Positions 1 through 13,000 of a stretch of DNA of 64,000 bases are shown here, in pieces. The stretch covers positions 496,001 to 560,000 of the forward strand of contig NW_024704782.1 of NCBI RefSeq assembly GCF_018977255.1, in the 5' to 3' direction. Each line of letters starts with the position of its first letter. The first letter of the stretch is position 1. The position numbers were made by a program, and so were the translations under genes. Origin of the DNA: Callorhinchus milii. Lineage: Eukaryota. Under the pieces are notes generated by a model. It searched no databases and was not told where the DNA came from. It was given only the letters and a program-made list of their open reading frames with translations.

Positions 1-147
1 CCGCACCCTTCATGCAGGTTAGTGCCATGGAGTGCCTGACAGCGGTGGAGTCCGACTCCGAGCCGGGGGGAGAGGGAGGTGACCCGTAAGCACCTGTAGG
101 CCTTAAGCACAGGTACCGTGGGGTACTTTGTGAGCTGGTGTGATTAC

Positions 148-303
148 CTGAGCCAGCTCCTTTATACGGTAGCTGACCTCCTCAGTCAGACTCTGACAGG
201 AATCCTCAGAGAGCTGGGCGATCCCAATCGACTCAGCGATGGCTTTCATGGACTCCGTGGGCAGCAGAGTGTTGCTGATCTTCATCTTCTTTTCCTCAGC
301 CAT
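148..303 (-). CDS. TAF6: TAF6 (TFIID subunit 6), first coding exon; gene continues beyond the left edge
   Basis: Translates [52 protein letters not shown], matching the TAF6 N-terminal histone fold. Donor CAG|GTAATC at 148/147; acceptor CTCACAG| upstream, exon starting at 322. Confidence 0.95.
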
Positions 304-599
304 AGCAGCCTTCCATCATAGTCTGTGAGCACATCACACAACACACATCACCATTAACCACAACAATAATAAACCTGACATTACATGCAGCGCCTTATCG
401 TGTCGTTGAGCTCAAAGCGCTTCATACGGTACACTGCAAAGTGTAGTGACTGTGTATTTTGCGTATAGCAGTGTCTCACAAATAGTTGTGGATTGAATCA
501 CAATTTTTTTTTATATGAAGGGATTATTACCTCCAGGAAGCAAGCCGCTCACTGAAGAGCCAGGTGTGGGCCGCTGAACGCACCTGCCTCAAATCTGGC

Positions 600-3134
600 C
601 TAACGTTCCACCGGCAAATCTAGCCGGACCTCCTCAAAATCTACCGCTCCACTCCAGCCTCAGATAATCCTGGAGGCGATGAACAACCCCAGGCTTCTGT
701 TCTCTACCACATCCTGACCCCTCCGTCCCCCCCAACACCCCACGCAGGTCATCTCCTCCAACCTTCACTGTGAGGAGATGCTGGATTTCCTTGAATCCAA
801 AATCAAGGGAATCCGCTCCGCGGTCACTCACCCTCCAACTTCCACCCAACCTCCACCCCTTCCATCCCACACTCCGACTCCCACCCACCCCCCACCCCCT
901 CCCTCCCACACTCCGACTCCTACCCATCCTCCCCTACACACTTTCGTACCCGGTTCCCCACCCTCTGTCACCAATCTCATCCTATCCCTGAAACCCACCA
1001 CCTGCTCCCTGGACCCCATCCCCACTCCACATCTCTCAGCTTCACCTCCTTGTCCCACTTCTCACACACATCGTCAACCTGTCCCTCTCCTGTGGCTCTG
1101 TTCCCATTCCCCTAAAAACTGCCACCATCACTCCCACCTTGAAAAACCCCTCCCTTGATCATCGCAGCTATCAATCTCCGGCCCATCCCCAACCTCCCCT
1201 TCCTGTCCAAGGTCCTGGAACGAGTTGTGGCCTCACAGCTGCGCTCTTTCCTCTCCACCCACTCATTATTCGAACCCCTTCAGTCGGGTTTCGGTGCTGC
1301 CCATAGCACAGAAGCTGCCCTCTGGTCAAGGTCACCAATGCCATCCTGACCATCTGTGACCAGGGCTCCCTCTGCCTCCTCGTCCTCCTCGACCTATCGG
1401 CAGCATATCGACCTCGACCATTTCCCCCCTCCTCGCTCCCTCCCTTCCCTCCCCTCACCCTGACCATCTCCCCCCTCGATACGGTCGACCACACTATCCT
1501 CCTCCACCGCTTGTCCTCCCACCTCAACCTTCAAGGCTCTGTCCTTGAGTGGTTTAGGTCGTACCTCTCCCACCGTCTTCACTTTGTCTCCACGAATGGT
1601 TTTTCCTCCCCCCCCGCACTGTCTCGTGCGGTGTCCCTCAGGGCTCTGTCCTCGGTCCCCTCCTCTTCACCCTCTATATGCTCCCCCTGTGGTGACATCA
1701 CCCAACTCTACCTTTCCTCCTCTACCCTCAACCCCACGACCCCCGATGTCCTGACAGCTGTCTGTCCGACATCGAGTCCCGGACGAGAGACAACTTTCTT
1801 CAGCTCAACGTGCGCAAAACTGAGGCCCTCCACATTGGCTCACGTCAGCGCCTCCGCACCTCAGGCACTGACACCATCAGCTCCGCACTCTCCACCTCTC
1901 AAAGCCATCAGGAACCTCGGGGTTCCCCTCGACCCTGAGCCGTCCTTTCTCCCTCATATCCGCACCACAACCGGCACCGCCTTCCATCACCTCCGGAACA
2001 TGGCCGGACTACGGCACTACCTCACCCCTCACGCGGCTGAAACTCTGGGACTCTCTCCTCGTCGGCCTTCCCGGCCCTCCCTCCACACTGCAGCTCATCC
2101 AGAACTCTGCAGCTCCTGTACTGTCCCTCACCACATCACTCCCACCCTCACCCTCGCTCCCACCCTCGCCCTCACTCCCACCCTCGCCCTCACTTCCACC
2201 CTCGCCCTCAACAACACCCTCACCCTCACTCCCACCCTCGCTCGCCTCCACTGGCTCCCCATCCCCAGAGGATCCAATTCAAGATCCTCATCCTCACCGA
2301 GGCCATTCCCGGCGTCGCTCCCTCCTCCCTCTCTGACCTACTAACCCCCTACCTACCCCCCATACCCTCCATCCCTCTGGCTCCGGTCTGCCCCAAACCC
2401 TCCGCCCCAACCCCCCGACCATCGGTGGCCTTCAGCCTCTCAGCCCCCAGGCTCTGGAACTCCATCCCCAGTGCCTTCGCCGCTTCCTCCCTTTCCTCCT
2501 TCAAGGCCGGTCTCAAGACCTTTCTCTTTGACCGTACCGTCAGCTCCACTCCCTCCTCGCTCCCTCCCTTCCCTCCCCTCACCCTGACCATTTCCCCCCT
2601 CCTCGCTCCCTCCCTTCCCTCCCCTCACCCTGACCATTTCCCCCCTCCTCGCTCCCTCCCTCCCCGCACCCTGACCATTCCCCCCTCCTCGCTCCCTCCC
2701 TTCCCTCCCCTCACCCTGACCATCTCCCCCTCCTCGCTCCCTCCGTTCCCTCCCCTCACCCTGACCATCTCCCCCCTCCTCGCTCCCTCCCTTCCCTCCC
2801 CTCACCCTGACCATCTCCCCCTCCTCGCTCCCTCCCCCCCCTCACCCTGACCATCCCCCCCTCTCGCTCCCTCCCTTCCCTCCCCTCACCCTGACCATCT
2901 CCCCCCTCCTCGCTCCCTCCCTCCCCTCCCCTCACCCTGACCATCTCCCCCCTCCTCGCTCCCTCCCTTCCCTCCCCTCACCCTGACCATCCCCCCCTCC
3001 TCGCTCCCTCCCTTCCCTCCCCTCACCCTGATCATTTCTCCCCACTGCTCGGGTCCCGTCCCAACTGTACAGCGCCTTGGGACGTCCTCCTGACATGAAA
3101 GGCGCTCTATAAATGCAATCTTGTTGTTGTTGTT
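600..3134 (+). mobile_element. Degraded L2-clade LINE (RT region plus 3' tail), with an internal minisatellite; boundaries approximate
   Basis: Frameshifted ORF pieces [63 protein letters not shown]; tail AAGGCGCTCTATAAATGCAATC(TTG)n at about 3100-3134. Confidence 0.85.
2550..3040. repeat. About 40-bp pyrimidine-rich minisatellite
   Basis: Tandem CCTCGCTCCCTCCCTTCCCTCCCCTCACCCTGACCATCTCCCC units; an isolated copy also sits at about 1415-1477. Confidence 0.9.
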
Positions 3135-3334
3135 ATCAATCGCCTAACAACCAGGTTTCTACGTACTGTGAGCTAAACAGAGGCGTGTAGTAGAGTAAGG
3201 AAACTTGCAGATTATTTCGCTCCATCCGGGAATCGAACCCAGGCCTCTCCCCAGCACTGACACTATAGTCGTACTTGTCCCCTACACCATTGGTGACAGT
3301 GCCTTCAGCCACTTGGCTCCAAAAGTCTGGAGGA

Positions 3335-3596
3335 GGTGTATATGGGGTGTGTGTGAATATGGGGTGTGTGTACATATGGGTCGTATATGTATATGGGGAT
3401 GTGCGTGTATATGGGGTGTGTGTGTACATGGGGGTGTGTGTATGGGGGATGTGTATGGGGGCGTGTATGGGAGGGGTGTGTATGGGGGGTTGTGTTTGGG
3501 GGGGTGTATGGTGTGAGTATGGGGGGGGTGTGTATGGTGTGTGTATGGGGTGTGTATGGTGTGTGTGGGTGTGTATGGGGGGGTGTGTGGGGGGGG
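3335..3596. repeat. GTGTATGGGG-type simple repeat running into an assembly gap
   Basis: Degenerate tandem units followed by an N run. Confidence 0.85.
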
Positions 3597-3762
3597 NNNN
3601 NNNNNNNNNNNNNNNNNNNNNNNNNNNNNNNNNNNNNNNNNNNNNNNNNNNNNNNNNNNNNNNNNNNNNNNNNNNNNNNNNNNNNNNNNNNNNNNNNNNN
3701 NNNNNNNNNNNNNNNNNNNNNNNNNNNNNNNNNNNNNNNNNNNNNNNNNNNNNNNNNNNNNN

Positions 3763-4150
3763 GAGGCCTGTGTGAGCGCGGGGCCCGGTGTCAGCACGTA
3801 CCGCGGGTGGGGCTCCGGTCCCCGCTGTGTCGGGCGGGTGGGCGATGGCTCCTCTCTCTCTCTCTCTCTGGCGGCCGTTGCTCTCGCGCCGCCCGCCGCC
3901 TCCGGCACGTGACCCCGGTCCTCACCACGTGACCCCAGTCCCAGGCTCGGCGCCTCTTCGGCACGTGACTCGCGTCTCACTGCGCGACTCCGCCCCCTCT
4001 GCCCCTCGGTCACGTGATCAGCTCCGCCGGACCCCGCCCCCTCTGCCCATTGGGCACGTGATCAGCTCCACCGGGCCCCGCCCCCTCGGGCACGCGATCA
4101 GCTCCGCCGGGCCCCGCCCCACTTTCGCTCGGGCACGTGACCACGCCGCA
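3763..4150 (-). promoter_or_regulatory. CpG island, likely TAF6 promoter and non-coding first exon
   Basis: CpG-dense; six CACGTG E-boxes (3906, 3926, 3962, 4011, 4055, 4134) and several GC boxes; candidate minus-strand donor GCG|GTACGT at 3802/3801; upstream of the TAF6 coding exon, which has its own acceptor. Confidence 0.7.
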
Positions 4151-4924
4151 AAAGCTTAACCCGTTCAGCCCCAGTGTGTGGCTGAGCAACAAAATGACAT
4201 GTGTGTATAGCGCCTTTCACGTCGGGAGGGCGTCCCAAGGCGCTGCACAGCAACAACTTGCACTTACACAGCGCCCCCCCCCACACAGCGCAGCGTCTCA
4301 CAGCCTAACTCTGAGCCGAGCGGGAGGGGGGGTGGTCGTAATCACGGTCGAAGAGGAAGGTTTTCAGGCTGGACTTGGAAAAGGGGAGAGAGGGGACGAG
4401 GCGGAGGGAGGGATTGAGCTGAAAGCGCTACCACCCATCGGATGGTAGGGTGGAGGGGAGGGGCGAGCGGGCCTCGGGGATAGTCGAGCAGAGGCCCCGG
4501 GTGTGGATTGGGAAGTGAGGAGGTCGGGAGGTACCAGAGTGAGAGGATCTTGAAGTGGATCCGTTCGGTGATGGGGAGCCAGTGGAGCCCGGGCAGGAAC
4601 TGGTGAGATGTGGGTACGGAATTTGGTCCGAGTCAGTCTGGGGGCAGCAGAGACTTGAGTGGAGCTGAGGAGACTGGCGAGGAGTGCGTTGGGAGTAATC
4701 CAGGTGGGAGGTGACAAACCCATGCACGAGGGTTTTGGTTGCATTTGGGCAAAGGAACAATCAGAGGCGGGCAGTTGCGGAGGTTGGTCCTGGTCAGGCA
4801 CCAGACACGGGGGAGGAAGAACTGGATGCCTGGACTGCGTACTGATTTGGTGAGTCTGAGGCAGAGCCCAGGAAAGTGGAGGGCTCTGGCAGTGGAATGA
4901 GGGATTCTATCCAGCCCTCCGTGC

Positions 4925-5290
4925 CGGTCTCTAGTCCCGGTTCCTGAGCAAGGAGGGGCCGCAGTGTCCCGGGGCACTCACTGCTGATGGCAGCCCAGCC
5001 CGACCCGTCGGCTGGACCTGGAATGGCCGACCAGTCACTGGGGGCAGGGAATCCTCCCCCTCAGCTCCTGTTAACTCCACAGCCAAAGCCCCAACTGACT
5101 AATGGGGAGGGGGGTCCTCGCTGGACAACCAGTGGGAAAGCTCGGCCACACAGCGCTCTCTCTCTCTCTCTCTCTCTCGATGGCCGAGCTGTGTGTGGGT
5201 TCAGCTGGTTAGACCCCAGCAGTTACCCTCCATCGCACACTCTGGGCTCCCCCCAAGCCGTCCACTCTTGCCAACCTGCTCCAAGCACTA
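4925..5290 (+). mobile_element. Unclassified interspersed repeat (about 350-400 bp), copy 1
   Basis: GGTTCCTGAGC..GGCACTCACTGCTGATGGCAGCCCAGCCC..GGGGCAGGGAATCCTCCCCCTCAGCTCCTGTTAAC..AGCTGGTTAGAC recurs at about 22080, 27715 and 43610, and partially at 5740, 31425 and 32100. Confidence 0.75.
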
Positions 5291-7037
5291 GAATTATTTA
5301 AACAGTCCTCCAGAGAGAAAAAAATAATACACCTTCCATTCCAGACACGGGGAGATATCAACGTGGAGGAGACATACATATATGGGTTTTGAATACTTTT
5401 GATATTGAAAGTTGGATTATTTCATATGGAGTACAAACATATATAAAAAGGTTCAACAAGAGAAATAAAAAGTTTCATACACACACGGTTTATCTTGAAT
5501 ATAACTGGAGTTTGCGACATTTTACTGATTCAGCCTGACGACAGGAGTCTCGGAGACTGGTGATGTGAGGCAGCCAGGGGGAGGGGAGGACCACTTACCA
5601 GGAAACCCACTCCTCAATTACTGACTCAGTAACACCCACTGCTTTCTGCCCACTCAGCCATCAATCATAATAATCAGCCTGCACCCATCGGGTGGGCCCA
5701 CAGTACACCAGGGCCAGCCATCTAACTCATCAGCAGCCCAGTCAGTGGGGAAAGGGAATCCTCCCACTCAGCTCCTATTAACCCTGCAAGTCAAAGCCCT
5801 AATGGGTAGGGTGGTCCTAGCTGGACAAGCAGTGGGAAAGCTTGCCAGACAGTGCTCTGAATGGCCAGCTATGTAGTTTTAGCTGGTTAGACTCCAGCAG
5901 TTACTCCCAACGGGGTCGCCAAGCCTTGGCTCTTGCAAACCTGTGTCTAATACTTTCTGGAATTAGATAAGCTGGATGTGTCCCTCCACGGAGACAGACT
6001 GCACTCCATTGCTCCTATACAAGTAGAGCATAGTGATGGGGTTCCCCTTGTCAGAAACTGGCAACGCTCAAAGCATGAGATGGGGGCCAGGGCTATGGTA
6101 GGGAGAGGGCACTCTATCCCCTGGGCTTCAATGTACAATGTAAAAGCCCAAGTGAAGGGCAGGAAAAAGACAGCAATTGAGCTGTCCTCTCCCTGCCTCG
6201 GGTCCAGGCCAGGCTACAAAGGCAGGTTAGCACAGGCCCTAGGGTGTGCTTGATCCCAGGCAATGACTGGTCCAACTGATCTAGAACTCCACTGCCCGTA
6301 TGCTCACCCGCTCCAAACTCCATTCCCCCGCCCCATCACACCAGCACTTCCCAGGCTCCCCTGACTCCCTATCACAGCACGGTTCAATTCCAAGTTCCTC
6401 TCACTTGTCTACAAGTCCTTTCACGCCATGGCACCTTCCGACATTTCCAACGTGCTTACTCCCCACTCCAGCAGTTTAGAAAACTCCCTCAATCCCTCTG
6501 CCTCGACCCTCTCCTTTCCCATCTTCAGATCAGGCCTGAAGACCTTCCTCTTCGACCGTGCTTACGGTCACCTCCCCTGATTCGGATCGTGCTAGGCCTC
6601 TGTTAAGCGCTCTGAGATGCTTCCCTGTGTTAAGGGGGCTAAGGAAATGCAAATTGTTGTTAAAATCAAGTGAGTCACTTCTCTCTGATCAGGAATCGGA
6701 GGGAGGGAGGGAGAATGAAATGAAGGCTGGGAGTGAGACGGTCCAGATTAGTGTTCAGAGTTTGGAGAGAGAGAGCTTTGAGTTTGGGAATGGTTTTTTT
6801 TGAGGGGGAGGTTAGAACAGAGGTAGGGGGCAGGAGAATGAGAATAATGGAGGTTGGACAGCCTTGGTGGCAGATGGGGAGATGATCCTGGGCTCAGTAC
6901 CAAGAGGATGTGGACAGCACAGGTGAGAGATTGGCTTATTGCGAGGAGCATTGTGGGGGGGCGGCACAGTTCCCCAGGGTCGTGCTCCCCTCCTCCAGTC
7001 CCTTGATTTCTCTCCGAATCATCCGCCTGGGGGGGTG

Positions 7038-10000
7038 TCACAGTTCCCCAGGGTCGTGCTCCCCTCCTCCAGTCCCTTGATTTCTCTCCGAATCGTCCGC
7101 CTTCACTTGACCCTCTGTGGACGGCTTCGGCCGCTCCGTGACTTCGGGCTCCTGGTTTAATCCCGGATCTCCCTTCCCGCTCCACACCTCCGTCAGACAA
7201 CCTGCAAACAACAACGTGGAAGGTGAGATCATTTCGCGATTCGCTCCACGTAACAATCGTCCCAGCGCTTATAGTCATAATAATCCTTGCATTTGATACA
7301 GCGCCTTATCACATCTTTTGAGGTGTCTCAAAACACTTCGCGGGATACGCTGTAAACTGTGGCCACTGTATATTTTGTGGGCGAAACACGTCAGCCCATT
7401 GCATACAGCAGCGTCCCCTCAAACAGTCCTGGATTGAGTGACCAAATTGATTTATTTTTTTCTTGAAGGAAGAAGTTATTACCTCTGGAAAAGCGATGCG
7501 CTAACCCACGTAGAAATAGGAATAGAAGTCGCTGGGAACGCTCAGCAGGTCAGGTAGCATCCATGGAGAAAGGAAAGTGAGTCAATGTTTCGGGTCCACA
7601 ACTCACTTTCCTTTCTCCATAGATGCTGCCTGACCTGCTGAGTGTTCCCAGCGACTTTTGTTTTTGTTTCAGATTTCCAGCATCTGCAGTATTTTGCATT
7701 TAGAAACAGGAACAGGCTATTCAGCCCCTCGAGCTGCCCTTGCCCACCCCCGTATCCCTCAATACCCTGACCTGACAGGTACTGACCTCTCTCGTCATCC
7801 TTTAGCACCTGGGCCTCGCACAGGAAGGTGTCCAGGTTGAGGTGCTGATGGTTGAAGTACCAGTCCTCAACTACCTCCTCATGTGCCTCCAGCATCTTCT
7901 CACACTGCAGGGCACACACACACACACAGTGAGGGGATACACACACACGCAGTGAGGGTTTACACACACACACAGTGAGGGTTTACACACACACACAGTG
8001 AGGGTATATATACACACACACACACAGTGAAGGCACACACACACACAGTGAGGGTATACACACACACACAGTGAGGGCATACACAGCATGAGGGCACAGT
8101 CACAGTCACGAACACACACACACACACACACACAGCATGAGGGCCGTCACTCACGCTGCAGGACAAACGTTCACACAATGTGAGGGCACACACACAACAC
8201 AGACACAGAGTGAGGGCACACACACAAACCACAGACACAGAGTGAGGGCACACACACACACAACACACTCACACAGAGCATGAGGGCATGGTCACAGTCA
8301 CTAACACTGCAGGGCACACACTCACACAACGTGAGGGTACAATCACACACACACGCAGTGCCAGTCCACAGCCACAGTCACTCACAATCTGCTTGCAGAG
8401 GCAAACCACACACCAACTCCTCGACCCCACTCCACCTCTACCCTCCATGGAGTCTGGTCTCCTGCTTGTCCCTCACCCCCTCTGTCTCTAACTGCTGCCC
8501 TGACCTCGGGAATTCTTCCAATTGCCCTGACCTCGGGAATTCTTCCAAGTGCCACTGTCTCCCTCCGCAGGCTGCCAAAACCCTCATACATGCATTAATA
8601 ACATCCAGGCTCGACTACGCAAACTCCCTGCTTGTCAGCCTCCCTCACTCCTCTCTCCATAAGCTGTAAATCATCCCGAACTCTGCAGCCCGTGTCCTCT
8701 CCCGCACCAGGCTCCACGACCCTATCACACCCATCCTCGCCTGACTCCACTCACTTCCCATCACACAGAGGATATAGTTCAAGATCCTGGTCCTCACCTT
8801 CAAAGCCCTCCATGGCCTCGCTCCCCCCACCTCTGCCACCTCCTAACCCCTTACTAACCGGCCCGCTCTCTCCGCTCAGCGGCCTGCTCACGTCCCTCAC
8901 CTGTCCGCCCCCCCATTGGGGGTCAGACCTTCAGCCTATCTGCCCCCACCCTCTAGAATTCCATCTCGCAGTCCCTCCGCTTCACCCCCCCTTGCCTCCT
9001 TCAAGACCCATCTCAAGACCCTCCTCTTCGACTGTGCTTTTGATCACTTGCCCCACCAGCCTCCTCAATCCCGACCCCAGCTTGGGTCTGAAACACTGAC
9101 TGTCCAGCACCTTGGGACGTCCTCTCGATGTGAAAGGCGCAGTACAAATTAATTTTGTTGTTGTCGTCTCTCCCACCGCCTTCAGAAAACTTGTCAAATA
9201 CAGGAATTTACTGTAGCTTTGGTCAACACCCTGGGACCTCCTCCACATCCAGGTTCTGATCCCTACCGTCTCTGTCGTGTTTCAGGAAGTTTCCCCTCTT
9301 TCCCCGCCACCCACCCCCCCACCCCCACCCCGGTTCGAGAGAAGCTAAAGTGCAAGATGTTCAACGTCTGCTCGGCTCGGTCTCTCACTCTCGTCCCTGA
9401 GTCAGGAGGTTGTGGGTTAAGGATTCTAAACTCACAGTCCAGGCTGACTCTCCAGCGCAGTGGGGGAGAGAGCGCCGAACTATCAAGAGACGCCGTCCTT
9501 TTCAGATGAGACGTTAAACCTCACTCCCAGTCTGTGCCCTGTTCAGGCGGATGTTAAAGATCTCCTGCAGCGCTGTCGGGAAAAGAGAAGGATGTTTCTC
9601 TCTCTCTCCCCCGGTGTCCTGGCTGATAATCCCCCAGATACAATCAATCATTCTCCTACGGCTGCTTCTGGAATGCGCTCTGTGTCAATTGGTCGCTGCA
9701 CCTTCGTCCACAGAACACAGTCGTTGCACTTTACAATGATCCTGTGAAGCTCTTTAAGACGAGTGACGTTACAGGTACAATAAAATGCAAAGGATTATGT
9801 TAAACCTCTCTTCGTAAAGAGAGCAGAGGAGAGAGGGTTAGAGAGGGCAGACAGGGACTGAGGGGAAGATAATAATAATAATTCTTGCTTTTGATATCAC
9901 GCCATTGAGACGTCTCAAAGTTCTTCACAGAATACACTGTGGGCGAAACGGGGCAGCCAACTGCGCACAGCAGTGTCCCACAAACAGTCGTGGATTGAGT

Positions 10001-13000
10001 GACCAAATCATTATTATTTATTTTGGGGAGGAATTGTTAACCCCGGAAAGTGATCAGCGAAGCGACTTAACAACCGGGTTCTCACTTACTGCCGGTAAAC
10101 AGAGGCGCGTGTGTGTGTGTGTGTGTCTGTGGAGTAAGGAAATTTTCCTGAGGTTCCGCCCTGACCTGCCCGGGAATCAAACCTGGTCCTCTCGCTTGCG
10201 AGGCGAGCGCTCTAACACTACGGCTGCTCTTACCTGCATTTTCAGGTCAGTGACCTCAGCCGAGGGCGAGTCCCACATTTCGAATGGAATTCCCAGCTCC
10301 ACCTTCACCCCTTTGTGCACCAGGTTCTTCAGTGTATTCATTGTCTCACTGGTGCCCTGAAACCAGCAGCACAGCCACGTATCAGGCTCCCTGCCTCCCA
10401 GGGCCAACCCAGCCTCCCATACCCAGCCCCAGCCGCCCACACCCAGCCCCAGCCGCCCACACCCAGCCCCAGCCGCCCACACCCAGCCCCAGCCGCCCAC
10501 ACCCAGCCCCAGCCGCCCACACCCAGCCCAGCCGCCCACACCCAGCCCCAGCCGCCCACACCCAGCCCCAGCCGCCCACACCCAGCCCCAGCCGCCCACA
10601 CCCAGCCCCAGCCGCCCACACCCAGCCGTCCACACCCAGCCCCAGCCACCCAGACCCGGCCCCAGCCGCCCAGACCCGGCCCAGCCGCCCAGACCCAGCC
10701 CAGCCCAGCCGCCCACACCCAGCCGCTCACGCCCAGCCTCAGCCGCCCACGCCCATCCCAGCCGCCCACACCAGGCCTCAGCCGACCACACCCAGCCCCA
10801 GCTGAGCCTCCCATATCCAGCCCCAGTCTCCTACACTGAGCCCCAAGCCACCCATAGCTACTCCCAGTCCAGCTTTGTCCCCTCCGCTCCACCAAGGATG
10901 CTGTACCTTCAGCCATCAGATCCTGAAACTCTGTCACTCTCTCCCGCAATCCTTCCGCCTTGTCCCCTCCCTCCCCACCTTCAAATCCCACCTAAAGACC
11001 GTTGTTTTTGATAGTGCTTATGGTCACCTCCCCCCGGCTCGGTCTCAGACTCCGCCACTATCAAGCAATCCTGGACAGTATCCTGCATAAAGGGCTCTAT
11101 GTAAATGCAAGCTATTGTTGTAGCACATGTATAATTAGTATATGGAGAGGTCTGGGTGTTCTTACCTTTGCGAAGCGTAAGCTGCCTGGCCGCTCAGCGT
11201 GCACACTGTACTGCAGGATCTGCTCACAGATATTATCCATCGCTTCCGCCAGCCGTGTCTCTCTGTCAAAACACAACCGAGCTTCAGGCACAGGCAGCGA
11301 ACACAGAGACCCACAGCAAACCAGCAGCTCGCTCTGTCTCCAATCTGCTGAAGTTTCCTCCGTATGGGGTCCTGTCGTGAAGCGATTAGGGTGCTCACCT
11401 TGCAAGCGAGAGGACCCGAGTTTCCTTACTCCACATGCCTGTTTACCTAGCAGTAAGTAGGAACCTGGTTGTTAGTCGATAGGGGGATTTGCTTTCTGGG
11501 GGCAATAATCGTTCCCCTCCACCCCAAAAAAAAATGGTCATTCAATCCAATTCAATTGTGTGAACTGCTGTGCAAATTGGCTGCCGCATTTTGCCCACAA
11601 AATAGTCACAACACTTTATAATATGTTCTGTGAAGTGCTTTGAGTCATCTCAACGGTGTGATAAGGTGCTAAAGCAAATGCAAGGATTATTATTATAATA
11701 TCTTCAACCGTATCTTCGGTCACTCTCCTATTTCTAACCTCCTGATCCCAACTCCCAGCTCGGGTTTAAATCCCTGATTGTCCAATGTCTTGGGACGTTC
11801 TCCCAATGTGAAAGACGCTGTTCAAATGTAACTTGTTGTTGTTGTTGTTGTATCTACCCACCTCAGTCTTGAAAATAGGAATGGATCCACAGCCAGGAGA
11901 GTTCCAGATTTCCACTACCCTTTAGGTGAAAAACTGCCTCCTGATTTAACTCTTAAACGGCCTGGCTCTAATTTTAAGATGATGCCCCGTCCTGTTCTGG
12001 ATTCCCCCACCCACCAGAGGAAATAGTTTCTCTGTAGTTACGCCCCTATCGAACTGTATCCCTTTATTATTTTAAACACCTCTATCAGATCACCCCTCAA
12101 TCTTCTGGACCCAAACCAAGTTTATGCAACCTGTCTATGTTGACACTGCAGTGCTGGGGGAGGGCTGGTTTTCAGTATTTGCCGGTTTAAGTGGACGGTA
12201 AAGACCCTGTGATTAGGAAAGAGAAGGGAGTTTCCGTCTTCTGGCTGACAATCTGCCACACACAATCTTCAAGACCAATCAGTCAATCACCTCATCATTT
12301 TAAACACTTCAATCAGATCACCCCCTCAACCTTCTGAACTCGATGGAATGCGGACCAGGTTTATTCAACCGGTCCTTGTAATTTAGCCCTTTAAGGTATC
12401 ACCATGAGTGTCCGCTGGGCCCGGAGGGCTGCGGTGGGGGTTTGAGAGGCAGAGTTCCACTGCGGCCTGAGCTGTACCTACGAGGTATGGTACTTGATCT
12501 TCCTCTTCCTCTTGCCGCTGTCCAGCACCTCCCCCAGTTCCAGCACCTCCTTTGAGCGCTTTGTCTTGTCCAGCGCCGCCTGCAGCTCCGTCGTCAGGAA
12601 CTTGCAAACTTCAGAGGAGAACGGATTGAGTCAGGAGAGGGGCACAGATACATACACGCGCGCACATGCACACGCATACTCACAACACGCGCACGCACAC
12701 GCTCACACACGCACGCAAACATACACACATGCACGCACACACACGCACGCAAACATACACACGCGCACGCTCACACACGCTCACAAACACACGTTCACAC
12801 ACATGCACGCTCTCACACGCGCGCGCTCACTCACGCGCACACAAACACACCCACACACGTGTGCGCGCGCGGAGCAGCAGTGCTCAGGGCTCCACTTTAT
12901 AATAACAATCGTTTGCATTTGACACAGTGCCGCGTGAACTGAGCGGAGACTCAGCGACACGTTGTCACTCGGCCGCCATCTTGGATGCTCCGTTGCTATT

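Noticed and set aside
10177-10991. Long Trp/Gly- and Pro/His-rich ORFs
   Set aside because: Translation of the 20-bp minisatellite; only 10234-10356 is a real CNPY4 exon.
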